From assembly GCA_963706735.1 (NCBI GenBank), contig CAVPNQ010000072.1:4932-68931 (forward strand): 64,000 bases of DNA. Reading direction: 5' to 3'. The notes beneath the pieces were generated by a model. The model saw nothing but the letters and a program-made list of their open reading frames with translations, searched no databases and was not told the DNA's origin. Source of the stretch: an uncultured Planctomycetia bacterium (GTDB lineage: Bacteria; Planctomycetota; MHYJ01; WSZJ01). A program made the translations under genes and the position numbers. Positions 27,615-37,678 of the stretch are shown piece after piece. Within the stretch, counting starts at the first letter, position 1; each line of letters begins with the position of its first letter.

Positions 27615-29120
27615 TCAGAACCCCACGTTCAGCTGCACGCCGCCCACGAAGGCCCTTCGCGTCCGCGTATTGAACGCCTCGCGCGCCGCGAGCCACTGCG
27701 AGTCGAGGAGAGCGCCGGCGAAGATCGAGAAGGAGGCGTGCTCGGAGAAATCGAACTTCACGCGGAGGTCGATTTCGTGGCCGAGGTTGCGGCCGGGGTT
27801 GCGGCGGGTGGGGCCGCCGGCGTAGTCGGGTTCGCGGTAGAAGCGGAACCAGGCGTAGAGAAGTTCGAAGTGGAGGTCGTCGGGGTTGAGGACCTTGGCG
27901 GTGGCGGTGGCCTTGAGGCGCGGGGAGAAGTAGTTGGAATCGATGTCGAGGCCGTAGAGGGCGTCCTCGACGACGAGGGCTTCGTTGATGTTCTCGTAGG
28001 AGACGAAGTCGCGGTTGGTGTGGTCGCCCGGGTTGCCGTGATCGCCGGAGAGGAGCCAGACGGAGCCCTCGAGCGTCGGCTTGAGCGGCAGCGGAAGGGG
28101 GATTTTCGCGCCGACGCGGCCGGCGAACGCGCGCTGGCGGACGCCGTGGTCGGGCGTGTCGGCGTAGCGGCCCCACTGGCCGTAGAGCTCGAGGTAGATG
28201 TCGAGGTTCTCGGGGGTCATGGGCGAGAAGTCGAGGCCGAGGCCGGCGGTCCAGATCTGCGAGCCGGTGCGGTGGTTGTCGATGCCGGCGATCAGGACGT
28301 TCACGAGCGACGGCCGTTCCTCCGTCAGCGGGATGAGGAGGTCGGCGTTGATGCCGAAGAAGCGTTCGTCCGCGTGGCGGACTCCGCCCTCGAGCGTGGT
28401 GAAGAAGAAGGCATCGACGAAGAGGAGGGATTTTTTCGCGACGTTCCAGGTCACGCGGGCGCCGCCGGCGTCGGTGCGGTCGCGGAAGACGCCATCGGTG
28501 GCGGGCGTCGTCCCTTCAGGCGCGCGCATGCCGTAGAGGCTCCCCGGAACAACCGCTTCAGCGACGGGCGAGACCAGCGCGAACTCGCTCTCCTGCAGGT
28601 CCGCGAAGAACGAATCGCCCGGGCCGCGCAGCGCCAGCGCGAAATCCTGGAGGCCGATCTTCACGGACAGCTGGTCCCAGAAGAGGTTGTCCACGCGGAG
28701 GTAGGCCTGCTCGAGGAGGGCGCGGAACTCGTCGGCGCGCCCCGGGACGACGTGGTTGGCGCCGGTCCCCCAGGTGTCGCTGTCGAACAGGTCCGAACGC
28801 AGGCGGGCGTTCTCGATCTCGACGACCACCTCGACCGACTTCGGCAGGCGGGCCTCGGCGCGGAGGGTGAAGCGCGGCGCGAGGAATGCCTCGGAGTGCC
28901 GCGAAGGGTCGCGGTCGAGGACGCGGGTGATCGCGCGGCTTCGGTACGCGCCGGGGAGCTCGGCGTCGAGGAAGAAGTCGATGCGGAGGCGGTCGGCCGC
29001 CTTCTGCTTCGCCTCGGGAGTCTGGCCGGAAGCGGGAATCGCACCGAGAGCCGCCAGCGCGACGAGCGTCGCGAGCCTCAGGAAGCGGGGTAGGGCCAGG
29101 AGCGGAAAGGGCAACTTCAA
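27615..29120 (-). CDS. Outer-membrane beta-barrel, alginate-export (AlgE-like) family candidate, paralog 1
   Basis: TTG start with AAGGTG ribosome-binding site, directly after the stop of paralog 2. Signal peptide. C-terminal …VQLNVGF. About 40% identity to paralog 2 (…RDFISLEGNNELVVLEDDVLGLDVDSNY… versus …RDFVSYENINEALVVEDALYGLDIDSNY…). Confidence 0.6.
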   Translation of the reverse strand: MKLPFPLLALPRFLRLATLVALAALGAIPASGQTPEAKQKAADRLRIDFFLDAELPGAYRSRAITRVLDRDPSRHSEAFLAPRFTLRAEARLPKSVEVVVEIENARLRSDLFDSDTWGTGANHVVPGRADEFRALLEQAYLRVDNLFWDQLSVKIGLQDFALALRGPGDSFFADLQESEFALVSPVAEAVVPGSLYGMRAPEGTTPATDGVFRDRTDAGGARVTWNVAKKSLLFVDAFFFTTLEGGVRHADERFFGINADLLIPLTEERPSLVNVLIAGIDNHRTGSQIWTAGLGLDFSPMTPENLDIYLELYGQWGRYADTPDHGVRQRAFAGRVGAKIPLPLPLKPTLEGSVWLLSGDHGNPGDHTNRDFVSYENINEALVVEDALYGLDIDSNYFSPRLKATATAKVLNPDDLHFELLYAWFRFYREPDYAGGPTRRNPGRNLGHEIDLRVKFDFSEHASFSIFAGALLDSQWLAAREAFNTRTRRAFVGGVQLNVGF

Positions 29121-29136
29121 CGTTTCACCTTCCACG

Positions 29137-30660
29137 CTAAAACGTAACTCCCACCTCAAACGTCCAGACCCACATCGTCCGGTTCCCGGTCTTGAACCCG
29201 AGCGCATCGGCGTGCGACCTCCGCGTGCCGAAGAACTTCGCGTCCCACAGCACCCCGAACCCCGTCCCGAACGTCACGAGTTCCGACTGGTGCCAGCGCA
29301 GCTTGACGTCCACTTCGTGCCCGAGCTGCCGGTGCGTGTCAGCTCCGCCGATCCCGAAGTTCACGGTCTTGAGGACGCGGTTGTACGCGTACATCGCCCC
29401 GATCTCGAAGTCCGCCGGCGAGAGCAGGCTCAGGCGCACGCCGCCGCCGGCCCGCAGCGACCAGTAGTTCGAGTCCACGTCCAGCCCCAGCACGTCGTCC
29501 TCCAGCACCACCAGCTCGTTGTTCCCTTCCAGGCTGATGAAATCGCGGTTCGTGCGGCGCTTGGGCGAATTCCCCGTCGCGTCCGCGATCGCGTCCTTGC
29601 CGTTGTCGCCGCTGACGGCCCGCGCGCTGAACGAGAAGAACGGCACGAGAACCTTGGCGTCCTGCGCTTCCGCCGTGACCTCGGGGCGGTAATGCACGCC
29701 CAGGATCCCGGCCCACGCGCGCTGGTTCACGACGTCCTCGTCCGTGGCCGATTCGAACCTGCCGAACTGCCCGAACTGCCCGTACGCCTCGAGCTGGAAC
29801 GTGAAGTCCTTCACGCGCAGCCCCGTCCCGCCCCCGTACGTGTACACCCGGTAGGCGTTCCCGTGATTCGACAGCACGCTCGCCAGCAGCACGAGGTTCG
29901 AGGGCTTGTCCTTGTCGAGGAAGTTCATGTCAAAGCGTGCGCCGTAGAGCATCTGGTCGCGGTGCGCCACGCCCCGTTCGAACGTCGTGAACCAGAACCC
30001 CGAGATCTCCACGTTCTCGTTCAGCGCATACCCGACCTTGAACCCTCCCGCGTCGTACTGGCGGTCCTTGACCAGCCCGTCCGTAGACGCCTGCCCGTCG
30101 TACCCCGCCGCCGCATTCCCCTGCACCAGCTGCCCTTCCTGCACGCTCGACCAGAACGCCGACTCGCTCCGCCGCAGGTCGATGAAGAACGGGTTTCCTG
30201 TCCCCGCAGGGTCCACTTTGAAATTCTGGATCCCCGCCCGGAAGTTGAACCCGGTGATGAACACGTCCTGGATGTTCACGTACGCCTGCCCGTACCGCAC
30301 CTCGAAGTCCGCGTTCCGCTCCCCGCCCCACAGGCTCGCCACCGCCTGCGTCCCCTCGCCCTCCCGGTTCAACTCGCGGTTCTCCACCTCCAGCACGACC
30401 GACACCCGCTTCTCCAGCAGCACCCTCAGCCCGATCCGCGCCGTCAGGTAGCTCCCGTTGTCGCTCGCCGAGTCGTTCCCCCCCACGTTCTGCCGGTCCA
30501 GCACCTCGTTCAGCATCCGGTTCCGCCCGAACGTCTTGATGAATAAGTCCCCGTACACCTCCACGCCCTGCGCGGCCGGCGCCTTGATGTTGGTCGCGCT
30601 TTCGGCGGCGGCGGGAAGTGCTGCGGCGAGAACGGCCAGGGCGACGAACGGGAAGCGCAT
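29137..30660 (-). CDS. Outer-membrane beta-barrel, alginate-export family candidate, paralog 2
   Basis: Signal peptide MRFPFVALAVLAAALPAAA. C-terminal …FEVGVTF. Confidence 0.6.
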   Translation of the reverse strand: MRFPFVALAVLAAALPAAAESATNIKAPAAQGVEVYGDLFIKTFGRNRMLNEVLDRQNVGGNDSASDNGSYLTARIGLRVLLEKRVSVVLEVENRELNREGEGTQAVASLWGGERNADFEVRYGQAYVNIQDVFITGFNFRAGIQNFKVDPAGTGNPFFIDLRRSESAFWSSVQEGQLVQGNAAAGYDGQASTDGLVKDRQYDAGGFKVGYALNENVEISGFWFTTFERGVAHRDQMLYGARFDMNFLDKDKPSNLVLLASVLSNHGNAYRVYTYGGGTGLRVKDFTFQLEAYGQFGQFGRFESATDEDVVNQRAWAGILGVHYRPEVTAEAQDAKVLVPFFSFSARAVSGDNGKDAIADATGNSPKRRTNRDFISLEGNNELVVLEDDVLGLDVDSNYWSLRAGGGVRLSLLSPADFEIGAMYAYNRVLKTVNFGIGGADTHRQLGHEVDVKLRWHQSELVTFGTGFGVLWDAKFFGTRRSHADALGFKTGNRTMWVWTFEVGVTF

Positions 30661-30697
30661 GGGGTGCCTCCAGGGGAGCGAAAGGGAAGCGGGCACT

Positions 30698-31348
30698 CTA
30701 CCCGCGGGGGCGGGCTTTCAGTAGTTTCCAGTCCGAGGGAGTGGTGACCTTGACGTTGCGTGGATCGCCCTCGACGACGGCGACCGGCCGGCCGGCTTTC
30801 TCGAGGAGCATCGCCTCGTCCGTCACCTCCCAGTGCTCCCGCGCCGCCCGCGCGAACGCCTCGAAGAGCCAGTCGGCGCGCGCCCCCTGCGGCGTCTGCA
30901 CGCGCCAGAGCCCTTCGCGCGACACCGTCTCCGCGACCAGGCCGCCCTTCACGCGCTTCAGCGTATCCGCCACCGCCAGCCCCGGGATCGCCGCTCCCAC
31001 CTTCAGCGTCGCCTCCATCACGCGCATCACCGTCTCCCTCCCGGGAAACGGCCGCGCGGCATCATGCACCAGCACGTGCGTCGGCTCCTCGGCCGCGACC
31101 AGCGCCCGCTCGACCGAGTCCTGCCGCCGCGCGCCGCCCTCGACGTAGGTCGCCTCGATCCCGAGCAGCTTCTTCCAGCGCGTCGTCTCGCCGGGCGGTA
31201 CCGCAATCACGATGTCCACGATCCCGCGGAACGCCGCGAGCGCGTGGACGATCAGCGGCTTGCCGTCGATGCGGAGAAGGGGCTTCTTCTTTCCGCCCAT
31301 GCGGCTGCCGGAACCGGCGGCGGGGATCAGGAGGGACCAGCGGGGCAT
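30698..31348 (-). CDS. ispD: 2-C-methyl-D-erythritol 4-phosphate cytidylyltransferase
   Basis: LIPAAGSGSRMG (the P-loop-like motif of IspD). Size 216 aa. Confidence 0.85.
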   Translation of the reverse strand: MPRWSLLIPAAGSGSRMGGKKKPLLRIDGKPLIVHALAAFRGIVDIVIAVPPGETTRWKKLLGIEATYVEGGARRQDSVERALVAAEEPTHVLVHDAARPFPGRETVMRVMEATLKVGAAIPGLAVADTLKRVKGGLVAETVSREGLWRVQTPQGARADWLFEAFARAAREHWEVTDEAMLLEKAGRPVAVVEGDPRNVKVTTPSDWKLLKARPRG

Positions 31349-31384
31349 CGGGACGGAATACCAGATCGGGCGGGTGAGCGGGAG

Positions 31385-31777
31385 CTAAACCTTGGGACCC
31401 TCGGGCAGGGACGAAGCCTCCTTCTCCCTCAGTTCGGCGTCCCGGGCGACCAGCTGGACGGCCTTGACGAACAGGATCGCCGGGAGAATGGCCATGACGA
31501 GCGCGAACATGGAGTCCGCCGGGCGCCCAGGGAGCAGTCGTCCGACTGAGATCCCCCACAGCACCAGGCCCAGCAGCGGGTAGACGAATCGCTCCCGGCC
31601 TTCCACCCGCTCCATCCCGGCCGAGAGCGCGGCGTACACCAAGATGCTCGCCGCGATCGCAATCGCCACGAACCGCGTCGGATCGTATCGGGGAAGCGAA
31701 TGGTCCTGCAGCCAGAACGCTTGGGCTGCCCAGGCGATCACCGCGAGTGAAAGGACCGCGAGAGTTGTGCGCATCAC
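31385..31777 (-). CDS. Small integral membrane protein (130 aa, ~4 TM), unknown function
   Basis: Hydrophobic segments throughout. No recognisable motif. Confidence 0.45.
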   Translation of the reverse strand: MMRTTLAVLSLAVIAWAAQAFWLQDHSLPRYDPTRFVAIAIAASILVYAALSAGMERVEGRERFVYPLLGLVLWGISVGRLLPGRPADSMFALVMAILPAILFVKAVQLVARDAELREKEASSLPEGPKV

Positions 31778-31830
31778 CCTTTCATTGTAGCGCGAGACCG
31801 TCTCCGTCGGATGCGGCTACACTGCGCTGG

Positions 31831-32919
31831 ATGACTCCCGCCACTGTCACCTCCCACGACCGCGACAGCCTCCGCGACGCCTTCGTCACGATGGGCGAGA
31901 AGGCGTTCCGGGCGGACCAGGTGCTGCGCCACGTCTACAAGCGCTGCGCGACGTCGTACGACGAGATGACGGACCTCGGGGCGGCGTTGCGGGAAAAGCT
32001 GAAGGTCGAGCTGCCGATCATGGCGACGGGGGAGCCCGAGGAGAACAAGTCGAAGGACGGGACGGCGAAGCTGCTGGTGCCGTGCGCGGACGGGCAGCCG
32101 GTGGAGTGCGTGCTGATCCCGGAGCCGCCGGGGAAGTCGCCGCCGGAGCGGCGGACGGTGTGCGTCTCGACGCAGGCCGGGTGTCCCGTGGGGTGCGTCT
32201 TCTGCGCGAGCGGGCTGGCCGGGCTCGCCCGCAACCTCTCCGCAGCCGAGATCGTCGAGCAGGCGATCCGCGTCGGGCGATTCGTGCGCCGGCGCTGGGA
32301 CGACATGGACCACCCGATCTCCAACGTCGTCTTCATGGGCATGGGCGAGCCGTTCTACAACCTCGACCGCGTCATCGCCGCCATCGAGCGCCTCAACGCC
32401 GACTGGGGCATGGGCATCGGCCTCAACCGCATGACCGTCTCCACCGTCGGTGTCGAGGGGGGCGTCATGAAGCTCGCCGCCCACCCGCTCGCCCCCAATC
32501 TCGCCCTCTCCCTCCACGCCCCCAACGACGAAATCCGCGCCCGCGTCGTGCCGTTCCCCAGGGCGCTTCCCGTCTCCGAGTGCATCTCCGAGGGCGTGAA
32601 GTACCAGCAGAAGACGGGCAAGGAAGTCACCTGCGAGTACGTGATGCTGGGAGGCATCAACTCGGCGCCGGAGCACGCGCGGGAGCTGGCGAAGCGGCTT
32701 TCCGGGCGGGGGCTGAAGGTGAACCTGATTCCGTACAACGGTGTGGAAGGGCTGCCCTACGAGGCGCCGGGGGCGAAGGACGTCGCGGAGTTCTCGCGGA
32801 TTCTCGAGGCGGCGGGGATCCCGGCGCCGGTGCGGCGGGCGCGCGGCGACCGGATTGCGGCGGCGTGCGGGCAGCTGAGGCTGAGGAAGATCGAAGGGAA
32901 GAGCCCGGCGCCGGCGTAG
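31831..32919 (+). CDS. rlmN: 23S rRNA/tRNA adenine C2-methyltransferase RlmN (radical SAM)
   Basis: CPVGCVFC radical-SAM cluster motif and the RlmN-typical …GMGEP…. Length 362 aa. Confidence 0.9.
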   Translation: MTPATVTSHDRDSLRDAFVTMGEKAFRADQVLRHVYKRCATSYDEMTDLGAALREKLKVELPIMATGEPEENKSKDGTAKLLVPCADGQPVECVLIPEPPGKSPPERRTVCVSTQAGCPVGCVFCASGLAGLARNLSAAEIVEQAIRVGRFVRRRWDDMDHPISNVVFMGMGEPFYNLDRVIAAIERLNADWGMGIGLNRMTVSTVGVEGGVMKLAAHPLAPNLALSLHAPNDEIRARVVPFPRALPVSECISEGVKYQQKTGKEVTCEYVMLGGINSAPEHARELAKRLSGRGLKVNLIPYNGVEGLPYEAPGAKDVAEFSRILEAAGIPAPVRRARGDRIAAACGQLRLRKIEGKSPAPA

Positions 32920-32928
32920 TTCGTGGTT

Positions 32929-33711
32929 CTACCTCGGCGGCGGCGCGCCGAAGCGGCGCGTCTTGTGCTCGCGCTTCCTTTGAGACAGGTGCTGGTCGGC
33001 GGCCATGATGAGCTCGGAGAAAGACCGGCCATTTTCGCCGCTGACGGCGATCCCGGAGCTGATGGTGTGACCGGTGCGATCCTCGACCGCCCGGCGGGCA
33101 CGCTCGCTGACGGCGTCCGCGCCTTCCCTGCCCCCGGGCGCGACGATCAGGAACTCGTCGCCGCCGTAACGGCCGAGGGTGTCCCCGCGCCGAAGCGCTT
33201 CTTTCAGGGCGCCTGCGACGTCGCGGAGGAGCTTGTCCCCGGCGAGGTGCCCCTGGGTGTCGTTGACCTCCTTGAAATTATCCATGTCCATGAGGATGAC
33301 GGACACGGGCTCGATCGACCGCTCGGAACGGGCGAGGGCGCGCTCAAGCTCCTCGAGGACAAATCGCCGGGAACTGGCGCCGGTGAGGGAGTCGGTGGTC
33401 GCCTCGATCTCGAGCCTCGAGATGAGGTCGCGGTTGTGCGTGCTGAGGTCCTCGAGGATGGTGCCGATCGCGCCGAAGACGATGGCGAACAGCGGAGGGT
33501 GGGCGAGGAAGAGGATGTGCCAGGGGTGCTCCAGGAGGATGGTGAAGAGGGAGCGGTGTTCCCAGTCGTCCAGAAGCATGTGGTCAATCGAGAGCGAGAA
33601 GATGGGAATGGGGAGGCCCCAGAAGAGCCCGAACCATGCGAAGGGGTTACGCCTGAGGTTATAGGTGTGAGGGCGCGCGAGGGCGCGAAAGAAACTGGCC
33701 AGGGTCTTCAT
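32929..33711 (-). CDS. Membrane-anchored diguanylate cyclase (GGDEF domain)
   Basis: …RYGGDEFLIV… active-site motif. Hydrophobic N-terminus. Confidence 0.8.
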   Translation of the reverse strand: MKTLASFFRALARPHTYNLRRNPFAWFGLFWGLPIPIFSLSIDHMLLDDWEHRSLFTILLEHPWHILFLAHPPLFAIVFGAIGTILEDLSTHNRDLISRLEIEATTDSLTGASSRRFVLEELERALARSERSIEPVSVILMDMDNFKEVNDTQGHLAGDKLLRDVAGALKEALRRGDTLGRYGGDEFLIVAPGGREGADAVSERARRAVEDRTGHTISSGIAVSGENGRSFSELIMAADQHLSQRKREHKTRRFGAPPPR

Positions 33712-33863
33712 CGCACCGAAAAAGGCTGCAAAGGGGAGACCGCAGGAGGAAGTCCCTGCGGGATCGGATCGGAAGAAGCCGCGCGAACATGTGAAATTCC
33801 CCACTTGTGCGTAAAATCACGATTCGAAAGTGTCCCATCCCCCAGATTTCCGCGTGTTTGCGG

Positions 33864-33880
33864 CGGCACTTCCCTTGCAT
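33864..33880 (+). promoter_or_regulatory. Sigma54 (-24/-12) promoter
   Basis: cGGCACttcccTTGCAt shows GG and GC at the canonical 12-nt spacing. The -12 TTGCA ends 31 nt upstream of the regulator start codon. Confidence 0.6.
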
Positions 33881-33910
33881 ATCAGTTCCCACCCTAATCG
33901 CGGTGAATCC

Positions 33911-35308
33911 ATGAACATCCTTGTCGTCGACGACGAAAAACTCATCCGCTGGTCGCTCAAGGAGCGCCTCACGCGCGAGGGCCACTCCGTCACGGAAGCC
34001 GAGGACGGCAAGTCCGCCCTCGAGGCCTTCCACCGCGAGACGCCCGAACTCGTGCTGCTCGACATGAAACTGCCCGACACCGACGGGCTCAGCATCCTCC
34101 GCGCGATCCAGAAGGAATCCCAGGGCGGCCCCGAAATCCCGGTCATCGTGATCACGGCCTATTCGACCGTCGATACCGCCGTCGAGGCGATGAAACTCGG
34201 CGCCTTCGACTACGTCGCCAAGCCGTTCAACATGGACGAACTCGCCATCACCGTCCGCCGCGCCCTCGAGACCAGCTCCCTCAAGCGCGACGTCCGCGCC
34301 CACGTCTCCGAGCGCCGCTCTTCGTTCGGCGTCCACAACCTCGTCGGCAAATCGAAGTCGATGCGCGACGTCATCGAGCTCGTCCGCCGCGTCTCCCAGA
34401 GCGGCGCCTCCACCGTCCTCGTCCGTGGCGAAAGCGGCACCGGCAAGGACGTCATCGCCAAGGCCATCCACTACGAGTCCAACCGCAGCGACAAGCCCTT
34501 CATGAACATCACCTGCACCGCCCTCCAGGACACGCTGCTCGAGAGCGAATTGTTCGGGCACGAAAAGGGAAGCTTCACGGACGCAAAGATGCAGAAGAAG
34601 GGCCTCTTCGAGCTCGCCAACGGCGGCACCCTCTTCCTCGACGAAATCGGCGACATGTCGCCCACGCTCCAGTCCAAGGTGCTGCGCGCCCTGGAGGAAA
34701 AGGCGTTCCGGCGGATCGGCGGCACGGTGGACATCAAGGTCGATGTGCGCGTGATCGCGGCGACCAACAAGGACCTGGAGAAGGCGATCGCCGAAGGCCG
34801 CTTCCGCGAGGACCTGTACTACCGGCTCAACATCATCACGATCCTGGTGCCGCCGCTGCGCGCCCGCAAGGAGGACGTTCCGCTGCTGGTGCAGCATTTC
34901 CTGAAGCGCTTCGCGGAGGAATTCCGCAAGGAAGTGAAGGACCTGACGAAGGAAGCGTACGACAAGCTGTCGGGGTACGACTGGCCCGGGAACGTGCGCG
35001 AGCTGAAGAACGCGATCGAGCGCGCGGTGCTGCTGGGGCAGGGGCCGACGATGGGGGCGGACGACCTGGCGCTGGGGAGGCCGGGGCCGGCATCGACGGG
35101 GGAGGAGGGCGCGAGGCTCCTGAAGCTGCCCTCGAAGGGGATCGTGCTGGAGGACCTGGAGAAGGACCTGGTGGTGCAGGCGCTGGAGCGGACGGCGGGG
35201 AACCAGACGCGGGCCGCGGACCTGCTGGGGATCACGCGGGACCAGATCCGGTACCGGATGGAGAAGTTCGGGTTGATGAAGGGCGAAGAGGCGCACCATA
35301 ACAGCTAG
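33911..35308 (+). CDS. Sigma54-dependent response regulator (NtrC family)
   Basis: REC domain, AAA+ ([14 protein letters not shown] sigma54-contact variant of GAFTGA) and C-terminal HTH. Preceded by a sigma54 promoter. Confidence 0.9.
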   Translation: MNILVVDDEKLIRWSLKERLTREGHSVTEAEDGKSALEAFHRETPELVLLDMKLPDTDGLSILRAIQKESQGGPEIPVIVITAYSTVDTAVEAMKLGAFDYVAKPFNMDELAITVRRALETSSLKRDVRAHVSERRSSFGVHNLVGKSKSMRDVIELVRRVSQSGASTVLVRGESGTGKDVIAKAIHYESNRSDKPFMNITCTALQDTLLESELFGHEKGSFTDAKMQKKGLFELANGGTLFLDEIGDMSPTLQSKVLRALEEKAFRRIGGTVDIKVDVRVIAATNKDLEKAIAEGRFREDLYYRLNIITILVPPLRARKEDVPLLVQHFLKRFAEEFRKEVKDLTKEAYDKLSGYDWPGNVRELKNAIERAVLLGQGPTMGADDLALGRPGPASTGEEGARLLKLPSKGIVLEDLEKDLVVQALERTAGNQTRAADLLGITRDQIRYRMEKFGLMKGEEAHHNS

Positions 35309-35342
35309 CTTCCGTGCCGGCCGGCGGCGAGCATGGTGATTC

Positions 35343-36191
35343 ATGGAACAGCCGACCGGGGTTGACGCGTACGCTCCCGCCGAGATGGCGGCGAGGGTCG
35401 AAGACACGGGGGTGAAGAAGGCCGCCCTCGGGATGGGCTCGATGCTGGCGCTGGCGGTGCTCGCCGGGGCGTTCATCGGCCTGGGCGCGGCGTTCTCGAC
35501 GGTGGCCGCGACGGACACGCGGATGGGATACGGGCCGACGAAGCTGCTCTCGGGGCTCGCGTTCTCGCTCGGGCTGATCCTCGTCGTCGTCGCAGGCGCG
35601 GAGCTCTTCACCGGAAACGTCCTGGTCATCATGGCCTGGGCGAGCCGCCGCGTGACGACGGCGCGGCTGCTGCGCAACTGGGTGTGCGTCTACGCGGGGA
35701 ACTTCGCGGGCGCCGCCGCGACGGCAGCCGCCTTCTACGCCTCTCATCGCTGGGCCGATGCCGGCGCCCAGCCCGGCGCGACGGCTCTTCGCATCGCCCT
35801 CGCCAAGTGCACCCTGCCGTTCGGGACGGCGTTCGTGCTGGGTGCGCTGTGCAACGCGCTCGTGTGCCTCGCCGTCTGGCTGTGTTTCAGCGCCCGCAGC
35901 ACGACGGACAAGATCCTGTCGATCCTGTTTCCCATCACGGCGTTCGTGGCCCTCGGCCTCGAGCACAGCGTCGCCAACATGTACTTCATCCCGCTGGGAA
36001 TGATGCTCCGGTCGGAGCCCGCGGTGCTCGCCGCGGGCGGGTGGACGCCCGACGCCCTCGCGCCGGTCGGCTGGGCCGGGCTCGCCGCCAACCTCGTCCC
36101 CGTCACCCTCGGCAACATCGCCGGCGGCGGACTCATGGTGGCCGCCATCTACTGGTACGTCTACCTGCGCGAGGGCCGTCGCAGCCCCTGA
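35343..36191 (+). CDS. Formate/nitrite transporter family channel (FocA/NirC-like)
   Basis: FNT signatures (…LSGLAFSLGLILVVVAGAELFTGN…, …LCNALVCLAVW…). Length 282 aa. Lies 34 nt downstream of the regulator. Confidence 0.8.
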   Translation: MEQPTGVDAYAPAEMAARVEDTGVKKAALGMGSMLALAVLAGAFIGLGAAFSTVAATDTRMGYGPTKLLSGLAFSLGLILVVVAGAELFTGNVLVIMAWASRRVTTARLLRNWVCVYAGNFAGAAATAAAFYASHRWADAGAQPGATALRIALAKCTLPFGTAFVLGALCNALVCLAVWLCFSARSTTDKILSILFPITAFVALGLEHSVANMYFIPLGMMLRSEPAVLAAGGWTPDALAPVGWAGLAANLVPVTLGNIAGGGLMVAAIYWYVYLREGRRSP

Positions 36192-36315
36192 GAGCGCGAG
36201 AAGCACTCGCCCTGCGGCACGCGCCACCAGCCCGTCCGGCGCGCGAGGTGGTGTGGAGGAAAAATTGTGGTTTTCGAGGCGCGCCGGACGTGCCGGCGCC
36301 GGTCGAACCGCGCGC

Positions 36316-36343
36316 CCCGACGTCGAGCCGTTACGACGTCGGG
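36316..36343 (+). promoter_or_regulatory. Perfect 10-bp inverted repeat (cccgacgtcg-N8-cgacgtcggg) in the intergenic region upstream of the globin-coupled kinase
   Basis: Read directly. Lies 125 nt after the transporter stop. Followed by two GAATTTT(T)CA-type direct repeats. Confidence 0.35.
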
Positions 36344-36462
36344 CGTGCGCGGTGAGACCGGTGACGGCGCTCGAATTTTTCACGCGCTCTGAGCGGCGCC
36401 GCGGGAATTTTCAATGCCCGCAGGCTGTGCATTCGTCCCCCGCCGGATAGAATCCGCCCGCC

Positions 36463-37674
36463 ATGCTCTCCCTGACCGATCGCGATATCCAGTCCCGCAA
36501 AGCCTTCGTGCAGCTCACCGCCGAAGACGAACGGCTGCTCCGCGAAGTCCACTCGCTGCTCTCACAGCACGCCGACACGATCATCAACCGGTTCTACGAG
36601 TTCCTCCTGTCCCACGATCGGACGCGCAGGATGCTCGAGGCCCCCGGCCAGGTAGAGCGGCTCAAGGCCCTTCAGCGCACCTACTTCAACCGCCTGACTG
36701 CGGGGAACTACGACGCCGAGTATTTCCGGGAGAGGGTCCGGGTCGGTCTCACCCACGAAAGGGTCGGGCTGCCCCCGGAGATGTACCTGGGCGCCTATCA
36801 CCGTTACTTCCAGATCGCTTCCGATGTGCTTCGCGGCGCCTTCCCGCCCGGCGACGCGCGCTACCACCGCACCGTGGCCGCCCTAGGCAAGATCATCACG
36901 CTCGACATGAGCCTCGCGATCGATTCCTACATCGACCAGGCCCACTCCACCCTCCACAACCGCAACGCCGAGCTCGTCCGCCTCCAGGGCGCCAAGCGCA
37001 TCCTGAGCGACATGATCATCCACGACCTCCAGAACCCCCTCGCCGGCATCCGCGCGTTCCTCGAGCTCCTCTCCACCCGCGAGCAGGGACTGAGCCCCAA
37101 CGAGGACGAAGCGCTCACCGAGGCCCTCCGCCGCTGCGACGATCTCGGCCAGATGATCATGAACGTCCTCCAGGTCAGCCGCGCCGAGGCGGGAAGCCTC
37201 GAGGTCAATGTCGAGAATTTCGACGTGGCGGAACTCGCGCGGCGAAGCGTCGCAGCGTTCGACCTGCATGCAGGACAGGAAGGGCGCTCAATTGAGCTGG
37301 AAGCTCCAGGGTCGCTGACCCTCCGGTCGGACCAGTCGCTTCTCAAGAGAGTGTTTTACAACCTCATCCGCAACGCGGTCAGGCATACCCCGCGCGGGAC
37401 GAAGATCCTGGTGCGCGTCACGGAGGCGGCGGAAGGGAAGGCGGAGATCTCCGTGGTGGACGACGGGCCGGGAATCCCGAAGAACGTGCAGCATCTGTTG
37501 TTCGAGCGGTACGGCGGGCAGGCCCTGCGCGAAGCGGGATTGCGGGTGGACACCGGGCTCGGGCTGTCGTTCTGCCGCTCCGCCGTGGAGGCCATGGGCG
37601 GCACGATTGCCGTCGAAAGCGACGGCCGCTGCGGGACCGCGTTCCGGCTCGTGGTCGGGCAACCGACGGTCTAG
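36463..37674 (+). CDS. Globin-coupled sensor histidine kinase (protoglobin sensor domain + HisKA + HATPase)
   Basis: N-terminal globin-coupled-sensor pattern (…INRFYEFLLSH…LKALQRTYFNRL…YFRERVRVGLTHERVGL…YLGAYHRY…). H-box IIHDLQNPL. G-boxes in the C-terminus. Confidence 0.85.
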   Translation: MLSLTDRDIQSRKAFVQLTAEDERLLREVHSLLSQHADTIINRFYEFLLSHDRTRRMLEAPGQVERLKALQRTYFNRLTAGNYDAEYFRERVRVGLTHERVGLPPEMYLGAYHRYFQIASDVLRGAFPPGDARYHRTVAALGKIITLDMSLAIDSYIDQAHSTLHNRNAELVRLQGAKRILSDMIIHDLQNPLAGIRAFLELLSTREQGLSPNEDEALTEALRRCDDLGQMIMNVLQVSRAEAGSLEVNVENFDVAELARRSVAAFDLHAGQEGRSIELEAPGSLTLRSDQSLLKRVFYNLIRNAVRHTPRGTKILVRVTEAAEGKAEISVVDDGPGIPKNVQHLLFERYGGQALREAGLRVDTGLGLSFCRSAVEAMGGTIAVESDGRCGTAFRLVVGQPTV

Positions 37675-37678
37675 ATCT

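Noticed and set aside
27396-29093. 565-aa plus-strand ORF antisense to OM barrel paralog 1; also 28756-30546 antisense to paralog 2
   Set aside because: Shadow frames. The barrel genes show signal peptides, beta-strand alternation and C-terminal Phe.
33659-35677. 672-aa minus ORF antisense to the NtrC-type regulator
   Set aside because: Shadow frame. The sense gene has REC/AAA+/HTH motifs and a sigma54 promoter.
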